NCBI GenBank assembly: GCA_036231405.1
Contig: JAZAHK010000006.1
Span: forward strand, 30,628 to 94,627
From: Nitrospinota bacterium
Lineage (GTDB): Bacteria > UBA8248
Length of the DNA: 64,000 nucleotides
Direction of reading: 5' to 3'
The position numbers and the translations under genes were made by a program. A model generated the notes under the pieces. That model had not been told where the DNA came from, searched no databases, and was given only the letters and a program-made list of their open reading frames with translations. Shown here one piece after another: positions 1 to 9,371 of the stretch (the stretch's first letter is position 1; each line of letters opens with the position of its first letter).

Positions 1-1
1 C

Positions 2-67
2 AAGTATGATTTTGGTCCGATAGACAATCCAATTTGGTCTGCAACAATCTCAAAAGTAGATTTATAG
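2..67 (+). CDS. 3' end of an upstream gene, truncated by the window edge (…KYDFGPIDNPIWSATISKVDL*)
   Basis: Open frame from the window start to TAG at 65-67, ending 6 bp before the next ATG; product not identifiable. Confidence 0.5.
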   Translation, partial: KYDFGPIDNPIWSATISKVDL

Positions 68-73
68 ACAAAG

Positions 74-1348
74 ATGTCAAAAAAAATTGCCTTAATTTCA
101 TACCATACTGACCCATTTAGTTCTCTTGGTGGAGACACTTCGGGCGGCATGAATGTTTATGTACGTGAATTAACCAAATCCTTCTCAAAATTAGGTCATA
201 AAATCGATGTTTTCACGAGATCTGATAAAATTCGATCAGAAAAAAATAAACCTTTAGATGGAAATTCTAGAATAATCCGAATCCTAGCAGGACCAGAAAA
301 AAAAATTGATAAAAATAAACTCAGCAATTACACAACAAAATTCACAGAACAAATCTTCTCATTTACTAATAAAGAAAAACATAAGTACGATCTAGTCATC
401 TCACATTATTGGCTATCAGGAATAATAGGAAAGAAATTATCGGAAAGATGGAAAATTCCTCTAATTATTCGTTTTCATACATTAGGCCAACAAAAAAAAG
501 ATATTCTTAATAACTTTTCCTTTTACGAAAACAAGAACAGAATCAAGACCGAGAAAAAATTATGTGAATTCTCTCATGCAATAGTAGTTTCATCGAAGAA
601 TGAGAAGAGAGCAATAATCAAAGAATACCTTATCGATACTAATAAAATACACATTATCCCATGTGGGGTTAATCTTGATTTTTTCAAACCGAAAAAAAAT
701 ACAAAAATAAATCTCGGATTACAAAAAAACACGAAATATTTCTTGACTGTCGGAAGGATAGATCCTGTAAAAGGACTTGACCTTTTTATTCATTCTTTGA
801 GTTTTTTAAAACGACTAAATCCACAGTTGAAATTCCATGCCTTACATATAGGAGGGGAAGTTAAAAAAAAGAACAAAGCCTGTAATCTTAAGAGTCTAGA
901 TTCAGGAGATTTTCAGTCGACATCTCAAAAAAAAGAAGTAAAAAGGATTCTCAATCTTTCAAAGAAATTTCATTTATCTGATCATTTTTCTTTTATTGGG
1001 TCAAAATCCCATGAAGAATTGAGTCTCTGGTATTCGGCAGTAGATATACTCGCAATACCTTCTCGATACGAAACATTTTGCCTTGTGGCATTAGAAGCCG
1101 CATCCTGCGGACTACCTACCATCGGATACAAAGTTGGAGGAATGTCTGAATCTATTGAGGAAAATTTTACCGGTATTCTTGTCCCAGAACGTAGGACATC
1201 AGAGTTTGCACTTGCACTTAATAATCTTGTTGCTGATATAAAATTTTCGAAAAAATTAGGAAAATTTGGAAGAAAACGCGCACAGACTTTTAGTTGGGAA
1301 AAAACTGCGAAATCTGAAATTAAAGTATGGGAAGCGTTAACAGTATAA
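74..1348 (+). CDS. GT-B (GT4) glycosyltransferase, MshA-like
   Basis: N-terminal HTDP…GGDTSGGMNVYV, SHYWLSG, FHTLG, GRIDPVKG and PSRYETFCLVALEA motifs typical of MshA-type enzymes. Confidence 0.85.
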   Translation: MSKKIALISYHTDPFSSLGGDTSGGMNVYVRELTKSFSKLGHKIDVFTRSDKIRSEKNKPLDGNSRIIRILAGPEKKIDKNKLSNYTTKFTEQIFSFTNKEKHKYDLVISHYWLSGIIGKKLSERWKIPLIIRFHTLGQQKKDILNNFSFYENKNRIKTEKKLCEFSHAIVVSSKNEKRAIIKEYLIDTNKIHIIPCGVNLDFFKPKKNTKINLGLQKNTKYFLTVGRIDPVKGLDLFIHSLSFLKRLNPQLKFHALHIGGEVKKKNKACNLKSLDSGDFQSTSQKKEVKRILNLSKKFHLSDHFSFIGSKSHEELSLWYSAVDILAIPSRYETFCLVALEAASCGLPTIGYKVGGMSESIEENFTGILVPERRTSEFALALNNLVADIKFSKKLGKFGRKRAQTFSWEKTAKSEIKVWEALTV

Positions 1349-1365
1349 AATCGAAAGGAGTGATT

Positions 1366-2052
1366 TTGAATAACAAAGAATTCAAAAATGTTTTGATAAT
1401 CATGGCACATCCAGATGATGCAGAACTAGGTGTGGGCGGTAGTATTGCAAAATGGGTAAGAGAAGGAACAGTAGTAAGGACTATAATTTGCACGAACGGA
1501 GACAAAGGAACAAAAGAGGATTTTTCAACACATGAAATAGCAGAAATTAGAGAAAAGGAACAAATAAAAGCATCTGATATCCTAGGAGTTAAAGAAACCT
1601 TATTTCTCAGAAATCGAGACGGCGAATTAGAAGATACTAAAGCATTTCGTAATCAAATTGCTTTTTTAATTCGTCACTTTCAACCAGACACTATTGTAAC
1701 GCACGACCCTTGGAGACCACATTATCAACATCCCGATCATCAAGCCGTTGGACATGCTACTTTTAAGGGTATGATATATGCTAGAGACTATCACTTTCTT
1801 CCAGAACTTACTTTTGCAGGCATTAAAGCACATCACACAACCAATATTCTTTACACAGGTTCGACAGATCCGAGTTTTTTTGTAGATATTACGGAAACTA
1901 TAGAAATCAAAATCGAATCAATTAAATGTCATGTGAGTCAAGTGGGAGAACAATACAATGCAAAAGAGAGACACTATAAACGTGCAAAAGAAAATGGGTC
2001 TAAAGGAGGATATAAACTAGCAGAAGCATTCACAATTAAGACTATGAGCTAA
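1366..2052 (+). CDS. PIG-L family deacetylase (MshB/BshB-like)
   Basis: AHPDDAE and HPDH zinc motifs; start moved to TTG 1366 behind AAGGAG. Confidence 0.88.
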   Translation: MNNKEFKNVLIIMAHPDDAELGVGGSIAKWVREGTVVRTIICTNGDKGTKEDFSTHEIAEIREKEQIKASDILGVKETLFLRNRDGELEDTKAFRNQIAFLIRHFQPDTIVTHDPWRPHYQHPDHQAVGHATFKGMIYARDYHFLPELTFAGIKAHHTTNILYTGSTDPSFFVDITETIEIKIESIKCHVSQVGEQYNAKERHYKRAKENGSKGGYKLAEAFTIKTMS

Positions 2053-2055
2053 ATT

Positions 2056-3072
2056 TTGGATTTAAAAAACTGGACTACAGATGAAAAAGCAGGTCAACAT
2101 TTTATTATTGGTTTTGAAGGGGTATCTGCACCTAAATTTCTAACAGAAAGAATAGAAAACGGACAAATCGGTGGAATAATATTGCTCAAAAGAAACATAG
2201 AAAATTTAAGACAACTTTCCGATTTAATTAATGATTTACAAAAAGCTGCCCTAAACAGCAGATTAAAAGTTCCTTTGTTTATTTCCATTGACGAAGAGGG
2301 GGGGCGAGTAAGTAGACTTTCTTCAGATTTTATCGATCTACCTTCCGCTCAGTTACTAGCAAAAAATAAAGAAACAAAAATAATTAAAGAATTGGTCTGC
2401 AAATTAGCCAAACAGATGAAAAAAGTAGGAATAAATTTAAATTTTTCTCCAGTCCTAGACCTATCTACAAATCCTAAATGCCTAGTAATAGGAGATCGAT
2501 CATTAGGAACTAAGCCAGAAAATGTAGGGCGTCTAGGGAGCGAAATTATAGGTTATTTCCAATCAAATATGATTGCTGCGTGTGCTAAACATTTCCCAGG
2601 AATTGGAGAAATCCAAGTTGATCCACATTATCAACTTCCAATTTGCGAGATCTCCGAGGAAACACTAAGAACGAGAGAACTTATTCCATTTAAATTTGCT
2701 ATTGACTCAGAAAATGATTACGAACAAGTCTTAACTGTTATGGTAGGGCACACGATTTATACTAAGATCGATCCAGATTACATTTCTAGTCAATCCAAAA
2801 AGATTATTACTACAATTTTGAGGGAACAATTATCTTTCCAAGGACTCGTCCTTACAGATGATCTAGACATGGGTGCTATTTCATTAAGTGCAAATAACGC
2901 GTTTAAGAGTATCAATGCGGGAGCTGATATAGCCTTAATTTGTAATAATTTTGAGAATTACAAAAGAAACTTCAATTTCCTTTGCGAAAAAATAGAGAAA
3001 TGCAAACTCAACCCTGAACTGGAAATGGAATCCTTGAAAAGAATTCTCAAAATAAAACAAATCGTGATTTAG
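2056..3072 (+). CDS. nagZ: beta-N-acetylhexosaminidase, GH3
   Basis: IDEEGGRVSRL, KHFPGIG…DPH and TDDLDMGAI motifs. Confidence 0.88.
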   Translation: MDLKNWTTDEKAGQHFIIGFEGVSAPKFLTERIENGQIGGIILLKRNIENLRQLSDLINDLQKAALNSRLKVPLFISIDEEGGRVSRLSSDFIDLPSAQLLAKNKETKIIKELVCKLAKQMKKVGINLNFSPVLDLSTNPKCLVIGDRSLGTKPENVGRLGSEIIGYFQSNMIAACAKHFPGIGEIQVDPHYQLPICEISEETLRTRELIPFKFAIDSENDYEQVLTVMVGHTIYTKIDPDYISSQSKKIITTILREQLSFQGLVLTDDLDMGAISLSANNAFKSINAGADIALICNNFENYKRNFNFLCEKIEKCKLNPELEMESLKRILKIKQIVI

Positions 3073-4136
3073 ACATTAAACCTAATATTTATTATATCAC
3101 CATCACAAACCTTATATTTTTTTCCTTCTAATCTCAAAAGACCTTTTCGTCTGGCAGCAGTCATAGAGCCTGATTCAACGAAGTCGTCATAGGAAATAAC
3201 TTCAGCCCTAATAAATCCCCTTTCCAAATCTGAATGTATTGTTCCAGCAGCTTTCAAAATGTTACTATCAGAAACAATTGGCCATGAACGTACTTCATCC
3301 TCTCCAACTGTTAAAAAACAATCAAGATCTAAAAGTTCAAACGAAGATCTAATAACTGTATCCTTTGCAGGGGAAGCTCTATTATAGTCCTTTAAAAATA
3401 GTTCTTGATCTTCTTTCGACATTTGTGCCAATTCTTCTTCCAACTTAACACACAAAATGATCGGCTCAATTCCAAACTCTGACAATATTGCTAACAGATC
3501 ACCTTGAGGGGTAATAAGTTGTCCTTCTGATACATTGATGACAACTAAAAAAGGTTTGGAAGACTGCAAATCGAAACCTCTTAGAATATTTTTGTCTTCT
3601 TTATTCAGATTCAGTTTAGACAGAACTTCACCTTCTTCCAAAGAGACTTGAATTTTCTGCAAAATTTCCAACTCCTGAATTTCATCCCTATCCTTTTTTA
3701 GTCTAACTGAACGTTCTAACTTTTCGATTCTCTTCTCAACAACAATAAGATCATTAATAATCAAGTCACTCACAATCTCACTAAAATCTAGTTTGGGATC
3801 AATTCTATTTTTTGGATTGGGAACAGAAGGATCATCAAAGTATCGGACTACAATTATGAGAGCATCAACCCCTTGTAAAGGCTGGGTAGAATTTTGAGAA
3901 TTTGCGGAATCTTTGTTTGGAAGTTCTGGAACATCAACAAATTCTACTGTGGCGTAAGTTCTCTTCAATGGATTAAAAATACTCGAAAGAAAATCAATTC
4001 TTTCATCTCTGACCTTCGCAACTCCAATATTTAAACGTGAGAAACGAGATCCTCCTTCCGTAGCTCTCCCTTCAGTTAAAGCGTTAAACAAACTTGTTTT
4101 TCCACTGCTAGCAAAACCAATAATTCCTAATTTCAA
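3069..4136 (-). CDS. ychF: Obg-family ATPase YchF
   Basis: G1 GFASSGKTS, AGTIHSDLERGFIRAEV, and the C-terminal TGS domain ending DGDIINIRFNV. Confidence 0.93.
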   Translation of the reverse strand: MKLGIIGFASSGKTSLFNALTEGRATEGGSRFSRLNIGVAKVRDERIDFLSSIFNPLKRTYATVEFVDVPELPNKDSANSQNSTQPLQGVDALIIVVRYFDDPSVPNPKNRIDPKLDFSEIVSDLIINDLIVVEKRIEKLERSVRLKKDRDEIQELEILQKIQVSLEEGEVLSKLNLNKEDKNILRGFDLQSSKPFLVVINVSEGQLITPQGDLLAILSEFGIEPIILCVKLEEELAQMSKEDQELFLKDYNRASPAKDTVIRSSFELLDLDCFLTVGEDEVRSWPIVSDSNILKAAGTIHSDLERGFIRAEVISYDDFVESGSMTAARRKGLLRLEGKKYKVCDGDIINIRFNV

Positions 4137-4163
4137 AGCTTAAGTCCTATTTTTGAGAAAACT

Positions 4164-4925
4164 TTACCCTTTTTTTTTAGCGTAACTACAAGAAAAATCA
4201 ACAAAAAATGAAAACAACTTTTTTGAATGAGAAAAATTATCTTCCATGTAAGAAAAAAGGGATTCAGGATGCCATTGCACACCTAATACAAAAGAGTTTT
4301 CTATACTCTCTATTCCTTCTATGACCCCATCGCTTGAAAAAGCATTAACGCGAAAAGATTCTGGAACTTTTTTTACACTTTGATGATGATGGCTATTAAC
4401 GAGTTCACTTGATGAACTAAAAATTTCTTCAAGCATTGATGATTTAATCTTTATAGTATGAAAAGAATAAGTAGACTCTTCATCCGGCTTATGTTGAATA
4501 GAATTATCAAAAAAACTCGGAATATCTTGAAAAAGAGTACCGCCTGCTGCTACATTTATCGCCTGCATCCCACCACAAATTCCAAGAATAGGCATATCCA
4601 ACTTCATTGCCTCTTTGATCAAGGATATTTCAAAATTTTCCCTTTTGGCATTAGAGGGAGCACACTTAGCATGTCTCTCCTCATCATAACTTAAAGGATC
4701 AATGTCGTGCCCTCCTCCCGAAACCACAAGACCGTCCAAATTTTTAACAAAGTCGCTAGTTAAATTTTCTTCAGTCATAGATGGTAAAAGAAACGGCACT
4801 CCACCACTTTTGATTATTGATAGAATGTAAGCATCCATCAGTACATGGCGATCTCTTTCTTTTGGTTTTTCAGGAAAGGTTCTTTTATTTAGGTCACAAC
4901 TTATTCCTATCCTAGGTCTTGGCAT
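4164..4925 (-). CDS. Class I glutamine amidotransferase / gamma-glutamyl hydrolase (PuuD-like, peptidase C26)
   Basis: GICGG nucleophile, NSHHHQ and GVQWHPE triad motifs. Confidence 0.88.
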   Translation of the reverse strand: MPRPRIGISCDLNKRTFPEKPKERDRHVLMDAYILSIIKSGGVPFLLPSMTEENLTSDFVKNLDGLVVSGGGHDIDPLSYDEERHAKCAPSNAKRENFEISLIKEAMKLDMPILGICGGMQAINVAAGGTLFQDIPSFFDNSIQHKPDEESTYSFHTIKIKSSMLEEIFSSSSELVNSHHHQSVKKVPESFRVNAFSSDGVIEGIESIENSFVLGVQWHPESLFSYMEDNFSHSKKLFSFFVDFSCSYAKKKG

Positions 4926-5044
4926 TTATTCAACCTCAGCGTAAAAACTTTATGTTATAATACATACGTTATGTAAGTGTTTGTAAAATTTTAGCTATTT
5001 TAGATTATAAACATATAGATTTCACTACTTAGTTAGAGTTAAAT

Positions 5045-5359
5045 TTGTTAAAAATATACATTACTAAATTAGTAATACCTTTAGTTCTTATTTTATGTAT
5101 GTTTTTGATTCCTTTTCTTTGGACACCTGATTTCGGTAATAATTTTATCAAAATTCAACAACAAGAGATAAGCAAAAACAAATCTGCCTATAATAAAAAA
5201 TTCTCAATCTTACAAAGTGGCAAGTTTCAAAAATATATGACTATTGGGTTTTTGATAATTTTAATTTTGGTAACTATATCCGGAATAATGTTGTATGGCA
5301 TCCTCAAACATCAAAGAAAACAGTGGCAAAAACGGTTTCCAAAGGATCAAAGAAAATAA
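5045..5359 (+). CDS. Small hypothetical membrane protein (2 TM)
   Basis: ORF fills the gap between genes and has two hydrophobic segments; no family recognised. Confidence 0.55.
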   Translation: MLKIYITKLVIPLVLILCMFLIPFLWTPDFGNNFIKIQQQEISKNKSAYNKKFSILQSGKFQKYMTIGFLIILILVTISGIMLYGILKHQRKQWQKRFPKDQRK

Positions 5360-5364
5360 AAAAA

Positions 5365-6552
5365 CTATCCGTCAGAAAAATCTCTGACAACCCTGTCTTT
5401 CTTAAGTGATTCAATCCTTTGAGAATCAATATTTAATTCTCCTAGAATGTCATTCGTGTGCTCTCCTAAAAGTGGAGCAGATTTTGAAAAGTCAAACTCA
5501 ACATCATCAAAACAAAAAGGCATTCCAGGCATTAAACCTATGCCTGCTTTTGAATGCGACACATTCACAAAAGCTTCAGGAAATTCTTGTTTTGCCTCTT
5601 GAATATTATTGATAGCACTAACGGGCACACCGAGTGGAACGAGTATTTTTTCCCATTCTAACGTTGTTTTTTTTGTAAGTATTTTCTCAAGAATTTCACG
5701 AAGTTCCCCATCATTTGTTACCCGATCTCTATTATCCAAAAATCTAGGATCATCGACTAAGTCTTGACGCCCCAAAGAATTCATCAACAATACAAAGCGT
5801 TTCGTATTAGATATTGCAATGAAAATCTTTCCATCTTTCGTCTTGTATCCAGAAAAAGGCGAAACTACAGGATGAGAAAGTCCTTCTGGAACTGGGATTT
5901 TTTCTGAAAAACTGTGTCTAGCAACAGGATTTTCTAGTATATTTACCGCAGCTGAAAGCATAGAAGCATCTATTCTACGACCTTTTGAATCCTTCTCCCT
6001 TTTCCACAAAGCTAATAGTACAGCAGATAATAAATATAAACCGGTCGTAATATCGACTATTGAAACTCCAACTCTAACAAGTTCTCCTTCTTTTGTTCCA
6101 GTAACACTTATTAGTCCGGAAGCGGCCTGAATCAAACTATCGAATGCTGGACGACTTGAATGTTTAGAGCCTTTTCCAAAACCAGTGACTGATCCATAAA
6201 TTAATCTTTCATTAACCTTTTTTAAAACATCCCAACCAATACCAAGACGATCCATTACTCCAGGGGAAAAATTTTCTATCAAGATATCAGATTTTTCAGC
6301 GATTTTTTTGAAAAGTTCTACCCCATTTTTTGTTTTTAAATTAATAGAGACAGATCTTTTCCCACGATTTAAACTCATAAAATAACTACTCTCATGATCA
6401 GAGAATGGTCCAATAGAACGACTATCATCCCCGCCGTCTAGACTTTCAACCTTAATAACATCTGCCCCCATTAGAGCTAGATACATTGAGACAATCGGGC
6501 CTGCATTAAACTGGGCCACATCAACTACTTTTATTCCACTTAAAATCGACAT
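5365..6552 (-). CDS. Class III CoA-transferase (CaiB/BaiF family)
   Basis: GADVIKVE, NRGKRS, ENFSPG, catalytic Asp in VSIVDITTG, and APLLGEHT. Confidence 0.92.
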   Translation of the reverse strand: MSILSGIKVVDVAQFNAGPIVSMYLALMGADVIKVESLDGGDDSRSIGPFSDHESSYFMSLNRGKRSVSINLKTKNGVELFKKIAEKSDILIENFSPGVMDRLGIGWDVLKKVNERLIYGSVTGFGKGSKHSSRPAFDSLIQAASGLISVTGTKEGELVRVGVSIVDITTGLYLLSAVLLALWKREKDSKGRRIDASMLSAAVNILENPVARHSFSEKIPVPEGLSHPVVSPFSGYKTKDGKIFIAISNTKRFVLLMNSLGRQDLVDDPRFLDNRDRVTNDGELREILEKILTKKTTLEWEKILVPLGVPVSAINNIQEAKQEFPEAFVNVSHSKAGIGLMPGMPFCFDDVEFDFSKSAPLLGEHTNDILGELNIDSQRIESLKKDRVVRDFSDG

Positions 6553-6679
6553 ACAGAGAACCTCTTTTCATTTTTTGAAAAGTTCATGAAAAATATTTTT
6601 TATAAAAAAATGTGTTTTTACAGATTCTGGACTAATTTATGGAACTGTAAAAATAAAAATTTAACCCAAAATTTGAGAA

Positions 6680-7360
6680 TTAATTCTTTCTGGGACGACC
6701 TCTTCCTCTTTTTACGGGAGCCTCGGCACCTTCGGGTAGTTCCACGATCGGATGCTTCCTGGGACGGCCTCTTCCCCTCTTTACCGGAGCCTCGGCACCT
6801 TCGAGTAGTTCCACGATCGGATGCTTCCTGGGACGGCCTCTTCCCCTCTTTACGGGAACTTCAGGTATATCGTATCTTGGCTTTTTATTTCCCGTAATTA
6901 ATTTATAAGCGTAATTTACAATAGTATTTCCATATTCATCTTGATTTAATTTTTCCAAAACTAATTCAACCGGAGTTCCAGGAACTAATAAATAACGAAA
7001 TCCTTCCCAATCAATAAGATGGGAATTAATTTTAATTCCCTCATCAAGCATAATAACGGCAGAAACTCTTTCTTCTGTTCCGCCCATAGAAACCCGGGTA
7101 ACATTTGCAGAAAGGAGTTTTCCTTTTTCGCCAAACTTAACCTCAGTCGTACTTCGAGGACAAGAAGGATAATAACAGGTAGCCTTTGAACCCGTCTTTG
7201 GAAAAAAATGTTCTTCACATTCTTTACAAAATGAACCTATAAGCCTAGGTTTTCTCCTAGATGACAAAGGAACTGTAAAAACATCACGCATAAATGGGAC
7301 AACATCCTTGTTATCTCCTGGAAAAAATCTCTTACTTTCTTTTTTTTCAATATCTTCCAT
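6680..7360 (-). CDS. DUF35-type Zn-ribbon/OB-fold protein with three C-terminal AT-hook motifs
   Basis: GSFCKEC…FFP…CYYPSC, then GKLLS…LDEG…GTPVELV, then 3x KRGRGRPRK; ATG 7360 sits behind AGGA. Confidence 0.75.
   Translation of the reverse strand: MEDIEKKESKRFFPGDNKDVVPFMRDVFTVPLSSRRKPRLIGSFCKECEEHFFPKTGSKATCYYPSCPRSTTEVKFGEKGKLLSANVTRVSMGGTEERVSAVIMLDEGIKINSHLIDWEGFRYLLVPGTPVELVLEKLNQDEYGNTIVNYAYKLITGNKKPRYDIPEVPVKRGRGRPRKHPIVELLEGAEAPVKRGRGRPRKHPIVELPEGAEAPVKRGRGRPRKN
6690..6857. repeat. 69-bp coding tandem repeat, about 2.4 copies (23-aa unit PVKRGRGRPRKHPIVELxEGAEA)
   Basis: Units start at 6690, 6759 and 6828; 5 mismatches between the two full units; about 60% GC, well above the surroundings. 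Confidence 0.95.
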
Positions 7361-7433
7361 AGAACGTTCCTGCAATTTAGTAAAAAAAACGTTATTTACT
7401 TACAAAGGAATAACGAATTTCATCAAGTGGCGG

Positions 7434-7462
7434 AAATTATCAAGGCTTATAAAAAGTGTCAA
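7434..7462 (-). promoter_or_regulatory. Putative sigma70 promoter for the DUF35/AT-hook gene
   Basis: TTGACA-17 bp-TAATTT on the - strand. Confidence 0.5.
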
Positions 7463-7499
7463 GGGGGGAAATTTAAAGATTTATATTTAATAAAGAGAA

Positions 7500-7751
7500 C
7501 TATTTTGTATCTTCTGGGTGTTTTTCTTTCGAAAAAATAGGCGATTGATGATTTTCCGGACTATAATCCTTTTTTTTAGTTTCTCGAATCGAAGAGGAGA
7601 TACTCTCAAGAATTGAAATTATTTTATCCAGCCGATTCCTTAATCCATATATAGCAAAAGGCAAGAAAAGCCACATAAGAGACAAAAGAATAACAAAAGA
7701 TAAAAGTAATATTTTGAAAGGATTATTAAAAAAGTTAAAAAAATCAGTCAT
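7500..7751 (-). CDS. Small hypothetical membrane protein (1 TM plus short helical tail)
   Basis: ATG-started ORF with hydrophobic N-half; LPFAIYGLRNRLDKII. Confidence 0.6.
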   Translation of the reverse strand: MTDFFNFFNNPFKILLLSFVILLSLMWLFLPFAIYGLRNRLDKIISILESISSSIRETKKKDYSPENHQSPIFSKEKHPEDTK

Positions 7752-7847
7752 AAGATTAGATAATTTCCATCATGATTTTAATGCAAATTGAACAAATTTT
7801 TATAATATAAGCAAATTTTTCATAAATTGTTTATAATTTGTCCTCAC

Positions 7848-7877
7848 TTGACCTTAATAAAGAAGGAACCTTATAGT
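7848..7877 (+). promoter_or_regulatory. Putative sigma70 promoter of the selA operon
   Basis: TTGACC-18 bp-TATAGT, 41 bp upstream of the selA ATG. Confidence 0.5.
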
Positions 7878-7918
7878 CAAACTAACTATTGCAAACAAAT
7901 GTAAGATATGAGTGAAAA

Positions 7919-9346
7919 ATGAAGCCGCCTAAAGATAACATACAAACTACCCTACAGAATTTACCTTCAGTAGATGAGGTTTTTAGAAAACTCGATGAAA
8001 TAAAAGGGGGGGACTTTTCTGAAAAGCAAATTACCAATTGTATACGAAAATGTATAGAGAAACATAGAGAATTGATTTTACAATATACATTAAAAAAAGA
8101 TATTTCATCCAAAAAAATCTTACAAAGAATTAAAGAAAGCGTAATTCAAGAACTTGAATCTGATGAAGAAAAAAGTCTAAGACCTGTAATCAATGCTACC
8201 GGAATTGTAATACATACAAACTTAGGGCGTGCCCCACTGAGTGAATCTGCATGTAAATCCTTACTTGAAGTAGCTAAAGGATATTCTAATCTCGAATTAG
8301 ACCTAGATTCCGGAAAAAGAGGAAAACGAGAACACAGCATTGAATCGGTGCTATGCAAACTTACAGGCGCAGAAGACGCATTAGTTGTCAATAATAACGC
8401 GGCTGCCGTAATGTTCGCACTAAAAGTTATGAGTAAAGGTAAAGAAACAATTATTTCGAGAGGAGAATTAATCGAAATTGGAGGTTCCTTTAGGATACCA
8501 GATATAATGAAAGAAAGTGGCGCCGAACTTATAGAAGTTGGCACTACCAATAAAACCTATATCAAAGACTATGAGAATGCCATCAATAGAAAAACTGCAC
8601 TTCTTTTTAAAGCACACACAAGCAATTTCTACATTTCAGGATTTACCAACAGTCCCAGCAGGGAGGAACTATCCAAACTAGGGAAAGAAAAATCACTTCC
8701 AATCCTTGAAGATTTAGGTAGCGGATCACTTCATCAATTTTCAATTTTATCCTCTGAACCCACAGTTATGGATTCAATTAAGGCAGGAATAGACGTGGTT
8801 ACCTTTTCAGGAGACAAATTACTTGGTGGGCCTCAAGCAGGTATTATAGTAGGTTCGAAGTTCTGGGTTAATACGATGAGAAAAGACCCTATGATGCGTA
8901 TGCTCAGATTAGATAAATTGGTTATTACTTCCTTGGAAAAAACTCTTCGATCATTCTTGAACCCTGATAAACTAGTTCAGGAGATACCTGTCTTTCAAAT
9001 TCTATCTCAAGAGAAAAAAACTTTGTTCGAAAGAGCAAAAAAACTTTTAAAACTATTAGACAAAAAAAATAAACGTAATGCTATTTTTTCAATTGATGAG
9101 TCGATTGGCCAGATAGGTGGAGGAACAATGCCTTCTGTAAAACTAGAAAGCTACAGTCTAATAATTCAGACAAAAAATAATAGTCCTGATTTTTTTTCTA
9201 AAAATCTTCGAAAAAGTAAGACCCCGGTTATAGCGAGAATTAAGGATGATAAGATTTGTCTAGACATGCTTTGTATAAAAGATGAAGACCTAAAATTAGT
9301 CCAACAAACAATCGAACAAGCTTTATCGGAAAGTTACATTTCTTGA
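7919..9346 (+). CDS. selA: L-seryl-tRNA(Sec) selenium transferase
   Basis: VINATGIVIHTNLGRAPL, VNNNAAAV, SRGELIEIGGSFRIPD, and PLP-Lys in FSGDKLLGGPQAG. Confidence 0.97.
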   Translation: MKPPKDNIQTTLQNLPSVDEVFRKLDEIKGGDFSEKQITNCIRKCIEKHRELILQYTLKKDISSKKILQRIKESVIQELESDEEKSLRPVINATGIVIHTNLGRAPLSESACKSLLEVAKGYSNLELDLDSGKRGKREHSIESVLCKLTGAEDALVVNNNAAAVMFALKVMSKGKETIISRGELIEIGGSFRIPDIMKESGAELIEVGTTNKTYIKDYENAINRKTALLFKAHTSNFYISGFTNSPSREELSKLGKEKSLPILEDLGSGSLHQFSILSSEPTVMDSIKAGIDVVTFSGDKLLGGPQAGIIVGSKFWVNTMRKDPMMRMLRLDKLVITSLEKTLRSFLNPDKLVQEIPVFQILSQEKKTLFERAKKLLKLLDKKNKRNAIFSIDESIGQIGGGTMPSVKLESYSLIIQTKNNSPDFFSKNLRKSKTPVIARIKDDKICLDMLCIKDEDLKLVQQTIEQALSESYIS

Positions 9347-9371
9347 AATTTTTAAAATAAAAGAGGACTTA

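Noticed and set aside
6690-6857. GC-rich repeat as a CRISPR array or REP element
   Set aside because: Units are contiguous with no unique spacers, 69 bp is a multiple of 3, the repeat is in frame within a CDS, and there are no cas genes.
6586-6897. + strand 103-aa ORF with a repeated peptide
   Set aside because: It is the antisense shadow of the AT-hook repeat; the - strand frame gives the recognisable motifs.
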